The notes: generated from the letters alone by a model not told the origin. Counted from the first letter of the stretch, positions 22,406-31,460 are shown. The stretch: DNA of 32,000 nucleotides from Nitrosomonas europaea (GCF_900167395.1 NZ_FUWK01000031.1:3594-35593), one strand, 5' to 3'. A program made the numbers and translations.

Positions 22406-24475
22406 ATGGCCCGGAAGCCGCTTGTCATTGTGCTGGCAGGTGTATTGGCAGCTATGGCAGCGCCATTGGCGCAAGCTCATGAGGTTGACGAGCCAGTACA
22501 GCTTGAAACAATAAAAGTGACTACATCTAAGGATGATTTACCTCTTACTGTGCCAAGTCTGCCGGAAGTGCAACAGAAAATGCGTCAGATTCCAGGGGGC
22601 GCGAATGTGATTGACAGCGAATCTTATGCTACCGGCCGTGCCTCGACGTTGCAGGATGCATTGGGTTATTCACCGGGTGTGTTTGTTCAACCTCGTTTTG
22701 GTGCTGAAGAAGCACGCCTGTCAATTCGTGGTTCCGGTATTCAGCGTACTTTCCATATGCGCGGTATCAAACTGTTGCAGGATGGCTCCCGGCTGAATCT
22801 GGCCGATGGCGGAGGGGATTTTCAGGCAATCGAGCCGCTGGCCGCACGCTATATCGAGGTATACCGGGGAGGTAATGCGCTGCAGTTTGGATCGACCACA
22901 CTGGGTGGTGCGATCAATTTCGTTACCCCTACCGGTTATGATGCCGAACGTTTCCGTGCGCGTGGTGAGGCAGGCAGTTTTGGTTATAACCGTCTGATGC
23001 TCTCTTCCGGCGGTGTGCATGGCTCGCTGGATTATTTTGCCAGCGTTTCCCGCTACAGCCAGGATGGTTTCCGTGACTGGTCAGAGCAGGAAAACTGGCG
23101 CATGTTCAGTAATGTGGGTTATCGCGTCAACTCCGATCTGGAAACCCGTTTTTATCTCACTTATACCAAAACTGATTCACAATTGCCGGGTAACCTGACC
23201 AAGGCACAGTTGAGAGCCAATCCCAAACAAGCGAATGCGGTTAGTCTGGCTGGTCGGCAGAAGCGGGATTTTGATCTGATCCGGGTGGCCAATCGCACTG
23301 TGCTTAAGCTGGGAAATAGCCAGCAACTGGAATTCTCCGCATTCTATTCACACAAGAAGTTGTGGCATCCGATCTTTCAGGTGCTGGATCAGCCATCGCA
23401 TGATTATGGCCTGGGGTTGCGCTATATAAATGAGATGCCGATTGCTGGCTGGCGCAACCGTTTTGTAGTTGGTTTCGAGCCGAGCTGGGGCACTGTTATG
23501 GATAATCGCTTCTTCAATAATGGTGGTAGAGCGGGTGCACGTACAGCCAAGTTTGATCAGAGTGCCAGCACTTATGACGTTTATGCGGAAGATCAGCTGT
23601 ACGTATTGCCAGAACTGTCACTGGTTGTGGGTGCGCAGTACAGTTATACGACACGTAAACAAAAGGATCTGTTTGGAGCAGGCGCCCAGGATAGAAGCAA
23701 GAACTACCAGCGCTTCACTCCCAAAGCAGGATTGATTTATGAGCTGAATCCGCATATTCAGTTTTTCAGTAACGTCAGTACCAGTTTTGAGCCTCCCAGT
23801 TTTTCCGAACTGACTGCCGGGCCGGTGGTTGCTCCGGTATTTGCAAAAGCTCAACGTGCGATCACATTTGAAGTTGGTAGCCGAGGTCATTTCGGTATAG
23901 CCGAATGGGATGTGGCGCTGTATCGGGCGCATGTACGTAATGAGTTGCTTGCCCGAGTGGATCCTATTACCAGTTCTTCACTGGGTACGGTCAATGCGGA
24001 TAAAACAGTGCATCAGGGGGTTGAACTGGGCCTTGATATCGAGCTGGTGAAAATGTTCTATTTGCGCCAGATGTACCTGTTCAATGATTTCAAATTCGAT
24101 GGGGATGCTTCTTTCGGTAATAATCAGTTAGCCGGCATCCCACGTCATTTCTACAAAGCGGAACTGACTTACCGTCATGCTGATGGATACTACGCCGGTC
24201 CGAATGTAGAATGGTCACCTCAGAAATACTATGTGGACCATGCCAATACGGTATATGCCAATTCCTATGCGCTGCTGGGTTTCAAAATCGGTAAACGGAG
24301 TAAGAGTGGATTTTCCTGGTTTGCAGAGGCACGTAACCTGACTGATCAGAAATACGCAGCTACTACAGGCGTAACAGATGTGGTTAAGTACAATAATGCG
24401 GGTGTTCTTCAGGATCAATTTTTCCTTCCAGGAGATGGACGCTCTTTCTTCGCGGGTCTCGAATATCGGATGTAG
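22406..24475 (+). CDS. TonB-dependent outer-membrane receptor (paralog C)
   Basis: Signal peptide MARKPLVIVLAGVLAAMAAPLAQA and TonB-box-like LETIKVTT. By eye it is highly similar to receptor B over the full length. The ORF is open from ATG 22349, but ATG 22406 (after GGTGGAGAAATC) is preferred by comparison with the paralog. It ends ...FFAGLEYRM. Confidence 0.88.
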   Translation: MARKPLVIVLAGVLAAMAAPLAQAHEVDEPVQLETIKVTTSKDDLPLTVPSLPEVQQKMRQIPGGANVIDSESYATGRASTLQDALGYSPGVFVQPRFGAEEARLSIRGSGIQRTFHMRGIKLLQDGSRLNLADGGGDFQAIEPLAARYIEVYRGGNALQFGSTTLGGAINFVTPTGYDAERFRARGEAGSFGYNRLMLSSGGVHGSLDYFASVSRYSQDGFRDWSEQENWRMFSNVGYRVNSDLETRFYLTYTKTDSQLPGNLTKAQLRANPKQANAVSLAGRQKRDFDLIRVANRTVLKLGNSQQLEFSAFYSHKKLWHPIFQVLDQPSHDYGLGLRYINEMPIAGWRNRFVVGFEPSWGTVMDNRFFNNGGRAGARTAKFDQSASTYDVYAEDQLYVLPELSLVVGAQYSYTTRKQKDLFGAGAQDRSKNYQRFTPKAGLIYELNPHIQFFSNVSTSFEPPSFSELTAGPVVAPVFAKAQRAITFEVGSRGHFGIAEWDVALYRAHVRNELLARVDPITSSSLGTVNADKTVHQGVELGLDIELVKMFYLRQMYLFNDFKFDGDASFGNNQLAGIPRHFYKAELTYRHADGYYAGPNVEWSPQKYYVDHANTVYANSYALLGFKIGKRSKSGFSWFAEARNLTDQKYAATTGVTDVVKYNNAGVLQDQFFLPGDGRSFFAGLEYRM

Positions 24476-24552
24476 AAATAATGATGGGAGTGGTGAGCTC
24501 ATAAACAAGCCATCTTCAGGTTTGATTGGCGATTAATTTCAAGGGATCGACG

Positions 24553-25791
24553 ATGTCAGTAAAACATTTCATTACAGCCGTTTCACTTGCTATGGTTTCC
24601 ACAGTAATTCCCCTGACCGTGACTGCTGAACAACATGCGCATGATGCTAAATCAGCAAAGCCCGGCCATGATATGAATAAAATGTGGGCGGAAATGCGCA
24701 CAAGAGCAGTCGGCATGGCTGTTTCCGTAGCGGCTGATGAAAAAGGGAAATTGTGGCTGGTTCGTATGCAGGATGGCCATATCCGGGTAAGTCATTCGGA
24801 AGATGGCGGCAAGCATTTTTCTGAAGGTGTAACGGTAAACCCGCAACCTGAAGCGATTCTTGCAGAAAACCAGAACCGGCCGAAGATCGCGGTGCGTAAC
24901 GGGGTGATCGCAGTAACCTGGGTACAGGCGCTGCCGAAGGTGTTTGCCGGGAATATCCGCTTTGCCCGTTCTGTCGATGGTGGTCGTACTTTTTCCGAGC
25001 CGGTAACTGTGAACGATGATCAGGGCGAAATCAGCCATGGTTTCAGTGCCTTGACACTGGGTGACAATGGCCGTGTGACATTGACCTGGTTCGACGGGCG
25101 TGAACGTGATGCAGCTGATAAGGGTGGGCAGAAGTATGTTGGCACCACGGTTTACTATGCAACGTCGGAAGACGGCGGAGCGAGTTTTTCTGCGAATCGC
25201 AAGTTGGCTGACCATGCCTGCGAATGCTGCAGAATCGGCATGACGCTCGATTCTGATGGGGTACCGGTTGTGTTCTGGCGGCATGTGTTCGAGGGCAGCA
25301 TGCGTGATTTCGCGCTGGCACGGCTGGATTCGCAACCCAAGGTGTTGCGGGCCAGTGAGGATGGTTGGGAAATCAATGCCTGTCCTCATCATGGCGGCGA
25401 CATTGCAGTGGATGAAGCCGGTAGCCGCCATCTGGCGTGGTTTACCGGGAATCCGCAGAATCCCGGATTGTTTTACCGGCGTGCTGACGGTGAGAATATG
25501 ACCGCACCGCACGCATTTGGTGACCTTGATTTTCAGCCGGGTTACCCAGCTGTATTTGCGTATGGAAAGAAGGTTTATCTGGTCTGGCGCGAATTTGATG
25601 GCAATAATTATCAATTGATGGCCTCCGTTTCGGCTGATCGTGGCGATACCTGGTCAGCAGCTCGTGCTGTGGCAACGACCGGTGGTGCAGCCGACCTGCC
25701 AGTATTTGTAGTCGGTGCACAGAAACCACTCGTCGTGTGGAACAGTGCCAGAGATGGAGTGCGCTTCTTTAATGCAGAGGGGGATTTATGA
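24553..25791 (+). CDS. Secreted BNR/Asp-box repeat beta-propeller protein with a conserved Cys cluster (paralog of 13477..14718)
   Basis: Start is the ATG at 24553 after AAGGGA. It has a signal peptide. Asp-boxes are SHSEDGGKHFS, ARSVDGGRTFS, TSEDGGASFS and SADRGDTWS. Motifs are HACECCR (25218-25229) and ACPHHGG (25381-25389). Roughly half its residues match the 13477 protein by eye. Confidence 0.8.
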   Translation: MSVKHFITAVSLAMVSTVIPLTVTAEQHAHDAKSAKPGHDMNKMWAEMRTRAVGMAVSVAADEKGKLWLVRMQDGHIRVSHSEDGGKHFSEGVTVNPQPEAILAENQNRPKIAVRNGVIAVTWVQALPKVFAGNIRFARSVDGGRTFSEPVTVNDDQGEISHGFSALTLGDNGRVTLTWFDGRERDAADKGGQKYVGTTVYYATSEDGGASFSANRKLADHACECCRIGMTLDSDGVPVVFWRHVFEGSMRDFALARLDSQPKVLRASEDGWEINACPHHGGDIAVDEAGSRHLAWFTGNPQNPGLFYRRADGENMTAPHAFGDLDFQPGYPAVFAYGKKVYLVWREFDGNNYQLMASVSADRGDTWSAARAVATTGGAADLPVFVVGAQKPLVVWNSARDGVRFFNAEGDL

Positions 25792-26285
25792 TGCGTCGTT
25801 TACTGTTTATCTGGCTGTTGACGATAGCCGGGGTTGCATCGGCGACCGAGGGTGTACGTCCGTTTGTACTCGGAAGTATGACGCAGATTCAGGAAGAGCA
25901 TGCAGGCAAACCTTTCGTACTGTTTCTCTGGTCGCTGACATGTACTTACTGTCCAACTGAACTGAAAATGCTTGGTGAATTCAAGCAGCAGCATCCTGAT
26001 CTGAATCTGGTGCTGATTGCGGCGGATACGCCGGATGATGAGCCGGAGATCGTTTCTCATCTTGCTGATTACGGGTTGAACAAGGTCGAGCGGTGGGTGT
26101 TTGCCGAGGATATGCCGGAACGCCTGCGTTTTGAGATCGACCGGCGCTGGTATGGCGAGGTGCCGCGCACCTATTTTTATGATCAGAGCCATCAGCGTGA
26201 AGCCAAGACCGGGCTGGTCGGCCAGGAATATGTCAAGAGTTGGCTGGCGCGTGTCGGTATGGATGCTTCGTCCGCAAGCAAGTGA
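25788..26285 (+). CDS. Periplasmic thioredoxin-fold protein (TlpA/ResA/DsbE-like thiol:disulfide oxidoreductase)
   Basis: Signal peptide MMRRLLFIWLLTIAGVASA. CxxC active site in a typical context (PFVLFLWSLTCTYCPTELKML). The start overlaps the BNR gene stop (ATGA at 25788-25791), which suggests translational coupling. Confidence 0.8.
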   Translation: MMRRLLFIWLLTIAGVASATEGVRPFVLGSMTQIQEEHAGKPFVLFLWSLTCTYCPTELKMLGEFKQQHPDLNLVLIAADTPDDEPEIVSHLADYGLNKVERWVFAEDMPERLRFEIDRRWYGEVPRTYFYDQSHQREAKTGLVGQEYVKSWLARVGMDASSASK

Positions 26286-26369
26286 CCTTCCAGATTTCCT
26301 CTGAAAATAATACGTTTCCACACTTTTTCAGGCAGATCGAACACTCGTTCAGGCTGATCTGCCTTCACT

Positions 26370-26411
26370 CAGCCGGTGGATAAAGAGTATCTCCGGCTGA
26401 TTTATCTTTTT
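26370..26411 (+). terminator. Rho-independent terminator after the receptor C / BNR / thioredoxin operon
   Basis: CAGCCGG-N16-CCGGCTG is followed by ATTTATCTTTTT. A second hairpin (GGCAGATC...GATCTGCC, about 26330-26362) lies just upstream. Confidence 0.6.
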
Positions 26412-26612
26412 CCACCAGGCAAATCGTATCTGTTTGCTACTGCACAGGAACATGTGAGCAACCCGTGAGGCATGGTCGAGCCGCATGATCAGTTCCGGTA
26501 GTAACAGCTTGCTCTTTGGGGTTCATGCTTGTAATCTTTTTAACAGGATTGATCCTGCTCTTGTTGTGAGCAGGTAGTATTTGCCCTGAAATCTGATCAC
26601 GCAGGAGGTATC

Positions 26613-29123
26613 TTGAGCAATCCATTCATCGTAAGAAAGGCTGCAGTACTGGGAGCGGGGGTCATGGGTGCGCAAATTGCCGCACATCTGGTCAATGCCG
26701 GCATAGAGACTTTACTGTTCGAACTGCCGGCCGAATCTGGAAATCCCGATGCCAATGTACTGAAAGCGATCGAGAAACTGAAGAAACAGGAACCAGCACC
26801 TTTGTCGGTGATCGACCGGGCAAACTGTATCGAACCGGCCACTTACGATCAGCATCTGGAAAAATTGAGGGACTGTGATCTTGTGATCGAAGCGATTGCC
26901 GAACGGCTGGAGCTGAAATCGGAACTATACGAGAAAATTGCTACTTATCTGCATGACCAGGCTGTTTTAGCCAGCAATACTTCCGGCCTTTCCATCAATC
27001 AGCTGGCCGCGGTTATTCCTGAGGCCTTGCAACCACGTTTCTGCGGTATCCATTTTTTCAATCCACCCCGTTACATGTATCTGGTGGAGTTGATCCCGAG
27101 CGCGCAAAGCGATGCAGCGGTACTCGATGCGCTGGAGAGCTTTCTGGTGACCAGTCTGGGTAAAGGGATCATTCGTGCCAAGGATACTCCCAACTTCATT
27201 GCCAACCGGATCGGGGTTTTTTCCATGTTGGCGACCATGCATCATGCCCGGCAGTTTGGCCTGGCGTTCGATCTGGTAGATAAACTTACCGGTGTGCTGA
27301 TCGGCCGGCCGAAAAGTGCCACATTCCGTACTGCTGATCTGGTCGGGCTGGATGTGTTGGCGCATGTCGTGCAAACCATGCAGAACGGCCTTGCGGAGGA
27401 TCCCTGGCATATTTACTACATTATTCCCGACTGGTTGCAGAAACTGGTCGATCATGGTGCGCTCGGGCAGAAGAGTGGCAAAGGGGTGTATCAGAAACAG
27501 GGTAAGGACATCCATGTATTGAATCCGGCCACAGATACGTATGAGCCGGCACAGAACGAAGTGGACGACGAAATCGAGGCACTGCTGAAGCAGAAAGATC
27601 CTGTGGCCCGATTTACTGCGCTGCATGATCATTCGCACCCACAGGCCCAATTTTTATGGGCGATTCACCGGGATCTGTTCCACTACTGTGCGATACATCT
27701 CGCGGCGATCGCCGATAATGCGCGTGATCTCGACCTGGCGATACGCTGGGGATTCGGCTGGGAACGAGGTCCTTTCGAGATATGGCAGGCAGCAGGGTGG
27801 AATACGGTTGCCGGCTGGATAGAGGCGGATATTGCTGCCGGCAAGGCCATGGCTGAAATACCCTTGCCAGCCTGGGTGCAGACAGTCGGGCAGAGTACTA
27901 TCCAGGGAGTACATACGCAGGAAGGTTCTTATGCTCCGATAACGGAAAGCTGGCAACCACGTTCGCAGTTGCCAGTGTACCGGCGTCAGCTTTTTCCCGA
28001 CAGGCTAGTGGGCGAGGAAATCGTTTATGGTGAAACGGTTTTTGAAACGGATGCATTACGTATGTGGCATACCGGGGACCAGGTTGCCATCGTCAGTTTC
28101 AAGACCAAAAAACATACGATTGACAATCTGGTACTGCAAGGAATGCAGCAGGCCATTACCGAGGCTGAACATCATTTTCGTGCACTGGTGATCTGGCAGA
28201 CCGAACCGCCGTTTTCACTGGGTGCCAACCTGAAAAAGGCAACCGAGCGGCCCAAAACTGAAGCACCACCCGCACCACCAGCTCCTCCTTCAGCATTCGA
28301 GAAATTCATCAAACAGATCAGGGGCGCTACCCAGTCGGCTATCTTGCAGGCAGCTCGCAGTCTGGATGTGGCTGATATGCTGATGGCCGGGAAGCTGGCT
28401 GAAGTGGAGGTGATGATTGCGCATTTCCAGCAGGTTTCACAGCATCTCCGTTACAGTCTGATACCGACTGTTGCAGCCGTCGATGGATTGGCGCTGGGGG
28501 GCGGGTGTGAGTTTGTCATGCACAGTGATCGTGCAGTGACGACGATGGAAAGTTATATCGGCCTGGTCGAGGCAGGGGTGGGATTGCTGCCGGCCGGGGG
28601 AGGATGCAAGGAGTTTGCTTTGCGTGCTGCGCGTAATGCGGTCGATGGTGATCCTTTTCCTTATCTGAAACATTATTTCCAGACGGTGGCAATGGCGCAA
28701 CTGGCGAAGAGTGCGGAACAGGCAAAGGAAATGTACTATCTGAAACCTGCCGACGTGATCATTATGAATCGTCTCGAATTGCTGTATGTTGCCAAGGCAC
28801 AGGCGCTTGCACTGGCCGAGGCAGGTTACCGTCCCCCGTTGCGTCCGCGTGAAATCGTGGTGGCAGGTGCGACGGGAATCGCGACAATCAAAAGTACCCT
28901 GGTCAACATGCTGGAAGGCGGGTTTATTTCCGAACATGATTATCTGATTGGCAGCAAGATTGCGCATGTCATGTGTGGTGGCGATATTGTTGCTGGGAGC
29001 CGGGTGGATGAGGAATGGTTGCTGAAACTGGAGCGGACCGCCTTCATTGAATTACTGGCAACTGAGAAAACCCAGGATCGTATTGCGTATACCCTGAAAA
29101 CCGGCAAACCGTTGCGAAACTGA
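26613..29123 (+). CDS. Bifunctional 3-hydroxyacyl-CoA dehydrogenase / enoyl-CoA hydratase (FadN/FadB-prime domain order: dehydrogenase N-terminal, hydratase C-terminal)
   Basis: N-terminal Rossmann motif AAVLGAGVMGAQIAAHL and a 3HCDH domain. C-terminal crotonase signature AAVDGLALGGGCEFVMHSD...GLVEAGVGLLPAGGGC. TTG start at 26613 lies 5 nt after a strong AGGAGG. Confidence 0.92.
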   Translation: MSNPFIVRKAAVLGAGVMGAQIAAHLVNAGIETLLFELPAESGNPDANVLKAIEKLKKQEPAPLSVIDRANCIEPATYDQHLEKLRDCDLVIEAIAERLELKSELYEKIATYLHDQAVLASNTSGLSINQLAAVIPEALQPRFCGIHFFNPPRYMYLVELIPSAQSDAAVLDALESFLVTSLGKGIIRAKDTPNFIANRIGVFSMLATMHHARQFGLAFDLVDKLTGVLIGRPKSATFRTADLVGLDVLAHVVQTMQNGLAEDPWHIYYIIPDWLQKLVDHGALGQKSGKGVYQKQGKDIHVLNPATDTYEPAQNEVDDEIEALLKQKDPVARFTALHDHSHPQAQFLWAIHRDLFHYCAIHLAAIADNARDLDLAIRWGFGWERGPFEIWQAAGWNTVAGWIEADIAAGKAMAEIPLPAWVQTVGQSTIQGVHTQEGSYAPITESWQPRSQLPVYRRQLFPDRLVGEEIVYGETVFETDALRMWHTGDQVAIVSFKTKKHTIDNLVLQGMQQAITEAEHHFRALVIWQTEPPFSLGANLKKATERPKTEAPPAPPAPPSAFEKFIKQIRGATQSAILQAARSLDVADMLMAGKLAEVEVMIAHFQQVSQHLRYSLIPTVAAVDGLALGGGCEFVMHSDRAVTTMESYIGLVEAGVGLLPAGGGCKEFALRAARNAVDGDPFPYLKHYFQTVAMAQLAKSAEQAKEMYYLKPADVIIMNRLELLYVAKAQALALAEAGYRPPLRPREIVVAGATGIATIKSTLVNMLEGGFISEHDYLIGSKIAHVMCGGDIVAGSRVDEEWLLKLERTAFIELLATEKTQDRIAYTLKTGKPLRN

Positions 29124-29192
29124 GTAGAGTGATTTCAAATTGCAGAAGATGGGCGCAATGAAACAAAAATTCAAGGATGGAAGGAGAAGCTC

Positions 29193-30395
29193 ATGACCAG
29201 ACAGGTGCAGGATGCTTATATCGTAGCCGCTACACGTTCACCAGTAGGCAAAGCGCCACGAGGTATGTTCAAGAATGTGCGGCCGGATGATTTGCTGGTG
29301 CATGTGCTGCAGGCAGTGTTGAAACAGTGTGAGGGACTCGATCCCGCGGCAATCGAGGATGTGATCGTCGGTTGTGCCATGCCGGAAGCGGAGCAGGGGA
29401 TCAATGTTGCTCGCGTGGCGTTGCTGCTGGCTGGTCTGCCGGTCAGTGTGCCGGGTGTGACGATCAACCGGTTTTGTGCTTCTGGTCTGCAGGCAGTTGC
29501 GATGGCGGCCGACCGGATCCGGCTGGGAGAAGCGGATGTCATTATTGCCGGCGGGACCGAAAGCATGAGTATGGTGCCGATGATGGGTAACAAGGTCGCG
29601 ATGAATCCGGCGCTGTTCAAACCAGGCAGTGAGCAGGTAGCCATTGCCTACGGCATGGGCATTACTGCGGAGAAAGTGGCGGAACAGTGGAAAGTCAGCC
29701 GGGAGGAACAGGATGCATTTGCCCTGGAAAGCCATCACCGCGCGATTCGCGCCATCGAGCAAGGTGAATTCAGAGACGAGATTTCACCTTATCCTGTTCA
29801 GGAAAACCGGCCGGATCTGAATACGCATGAAATCCAAAATACAGCTATTGTCCGGGATACCGACGAGGGCCCGCGGGCAGATACCAGTGCGGAAGCGCTT
29901 GCTCGATTACGCCCGGTATTTGCCGCCCAGGGATCTGTAACCGCCGGTAACAGCTCACAGATGTCGGATGGAGCTGGTGCAGTGATGGTGGTGAGCGAGG
30001 CAGCATTGCAGCGCTTCAATCTGACGCCGATCGGGCGATTCATTGGTTATACAGTGGCGGGTGTGCCGCCGGAAATCATGGGAGTAGGTCCTGTCAAGGC
30101 GATTCCCAAAGTGCTGGAACAGACCGGGATCCAACAGGATGCACTCGACTGGATCGAATTGAACGAGGCGTTTGCTGCCCAAAGTCTCGCAGTAATCAAC
30201 GATCTCGGATTGGATCGGGCGAAAGTCAATCCGCTGGGAGGGGCGATCGCACTGGGGCATCCGCTGGGCGCAACCGGTGCCATTCGGGTGGCCACTCTGC
30301 TTAGTGGTTTACGACGTCACAAACTCAAATATGGCATGGTCACCATGTGCATCGGCGGCGGGATGGGAGCTGCCGGTGTGTTTGAAGCCCTGTAA
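29193..30395 (+). CDS. fadA: Acetyl-CoA C-acyltransferase (3-ketoacyl-CoA thiolase)
   Basis: Thiolase signatures: [11 protein letters not shown] (active Cys), [16 protein letters not shown] and [13 protein letters not shown]. Start follows GGAAGGAGAAGCTC. Confidence 0.95.
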   Translation: MTRQVQDAYIVAATRSPVGKAPRGMFKNVRPDDLLVHVLQAVLKQCEGLDPAAIEDVIVGCAMPEAEQGINVARVALLLAGLPVSVPGVTINRFCASGLQAVAMAADRIRLGEADVIIAGGTESMSMVPMMGNKVAMNPALFKPGSEQVAIAYGMGITAEKVAEQWKVSREEQDAFALESHHRAIRAIEQGEFRDEISPYPVQENRPDLNTHEIQNTAIVRDTDEGPRADTSAEALARLRPVFAAQGSVTAGNSSQMSDGAGAVMVVSEAALQRFNLTPIGRFIGYTVAGVPPEIMGVGPVKAIPKVLEQTGIQQDALDWIELNEAFAAQSLAVINDLGLDRAKVNPLGGAIALGHPLGATGAIRVATLLSGLRRHKLKYGMVTMCIGGGMGAAGVFEAL

Positions 30396-30408
30396 TATAC
30401 TTCCTTAA

Positions 30409-30428
30409 AACCGGGTATTCGCCCGGTT
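30409..30428 (-). terminator. Hairpin between the convergent fadA and mliC-like genes
   Basis: AACCGGG-TATTCG-CCCGGTT. On the minus strand it is followed by TTTTAAGG, so it fits best as the terminator of the minus-strand lipoprotein gene. Confidence 0.55.
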
Positions 30429-30434
30429 ACTCCT

Positions 30435-30773
30435 TCAATTAGCAGGCTGGCGCTGCAGTCTGCCCGTGAACACCCGCTCATCATTGACAGAATAGGTGGC
30501 TTCTCCCTGATGCTCCCACCATTCATTCATTCCTGCAACATAACGTGCACCTGATGCAGAAACCGCAAGATTGAGCATCTCTATTCTGTTGTTCGGGAAG
30601 GTAAGCGTAACCGTGTCATCATCCCGGTAAATCGCTCGTACCACCTGTCCGGAATCTGAAACGAAAACGACTGAATTGATGACTGAAGCCTTGGGGTTGG
30701 AGGTTGATAGCGGTGTGCAGGATATGATGGCAGTGAGAAGTATGAAGAAGAATGAGTTGAGAAATAATTTCAT
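30435..30773 (-). CDS. mliC: MliC-like lipoprotein (membrane-bound lysozyme inhibitor family)
   Basis: Lipobox LLTAIISC. The core VSASGARYVAGMNEWWEHQGEATY resembles E. coli MliC ISASGARYTDG..FWSKGDEATVY. The two Cys residues of E. coli MliC are absent. Confidence 0.7.
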   Translation of the reverse strand: MKLFLNSFFFILLTAIISCTPLSTSNPKASVINSVVFVSDSGQVVRAIYRDDDTVTLTFPNNRIEMLNLAVSASGARYVAGMNEWWEHQGEATYSVNDERVFTGRLQRQPAN

Positions 30774-30918
30774 GCTGTAATTTGATTGGTTTGGCTGATG
30801 ACAGTGAGATAGTTTATTTTATTTCTCCAATGAAAATCTTGCCTTCAGCCCGAGAGTGTCTGAGGGGAATTAACGTACCGGCAAAGCCGACAAAGTTAGT
30901 TTTGATTTAGAAATGGAA

Positions 30919-31205
30919 TTACAGATGCCTGAGAACATCTTGCCGATAGTGCAGAATACGGATGATGGCCACACCGAAAGGCTCTATTCGGTAGTAATAT
31001 GGCGTTCAACGTGGCGACGGCGATAGCCTGGTCGAATATAGCTGCAGTCCTGTCCCTGGGATGATGTCTCGACTAACTCGGTACAGGCGGCTTCCAATAT
31101 ATCGATATAGCGTACGGCCTGAGCTGCGCCCCATTGTTGAAAGGTGTAGTTAAAAATTCCATCAAGATCACGCTGCGCTGCCGGGCTGAGACGGTATTCA
31201 GCCAT
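30919..31205 (-). pseudogene. parE: ParE-family toxin gene interrupted by a frameshift
   Basis: The ORF 31205..30984 gives MAEYRLSPAAQRDLDGIFNYTFQQWGAAQAVRYIDILEAACTELVE...RRRHVERHITTE, then a stop. The expected ParE C-terminus (YYYRIEPFGVAIIRILHYRQDVLRHL, stop at 30919-30921) continues in a different frame. This implies an apparent 1-nt loss near 30990-31000. Confidence 0.75.
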
Positions 31206-31208
31206 GTA

Positions 31209-31460
31209 TTAACCTGGTTTGTGCTGCGCCAGCTTGTGTCTTTTGAACTGATCAAAATCGAACGGCTGCGGTTCCCCACTTTGCTCGCCATCGATGAGTG
31301 CGGCCCGGATATTATCAATTTCGGCCATTCGTTCCTGCTCGCGCCGGATGAGGTCACGAATTAACTCGCTATCGTTTGTGAATCGTCCAGCTTCGACCTG
31401 TGCGGTAATCCAGGCATCTTGCTGGTTGGTTAGTGAGATGGTCTTACGCACGGTCGCCAT
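31209..31460 (-). CDS. parD: ParD-family (ribbon-helix-helix) antitoxin
   Basis: MATVRKTISLTNQQDAWITAQVEAGRFTNDSELIRDLIRREQER... is the ParD/CopG-type pattern. Start is the ATG at 31460 (or 31466), preceded by GGAG. The stop lies 3 nt before the parE start. The upstream part of the 124-aa ORF lies in the repeat element and is rejected. Confidence 0.85.
   Translation of the reverse strand: MATVRKTISLTNQQDAWITAQVEAGRFTNDSELIRDLIRREQERMAEIDNIRAALIDGEQSGEPQPFDFDQFKRHKLAQHKPG

Noticed and set aside
20535-23113. Recent gene conversion between receptors B and C, proposed to explain the identical 75-aa block
   Set aside because: The block carries about 19 nucleotide differences, all synonymous. This is the signature of purifying selection on an old duplication, not a recent conversion tract.
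24652-25614. 320-aa ORF antisense to the second BNR propeller
   Set aside because: It is a shadow ORF. The plus-strand frame is supported by paralogy with 13477..14718 and by Asp-box repeats.
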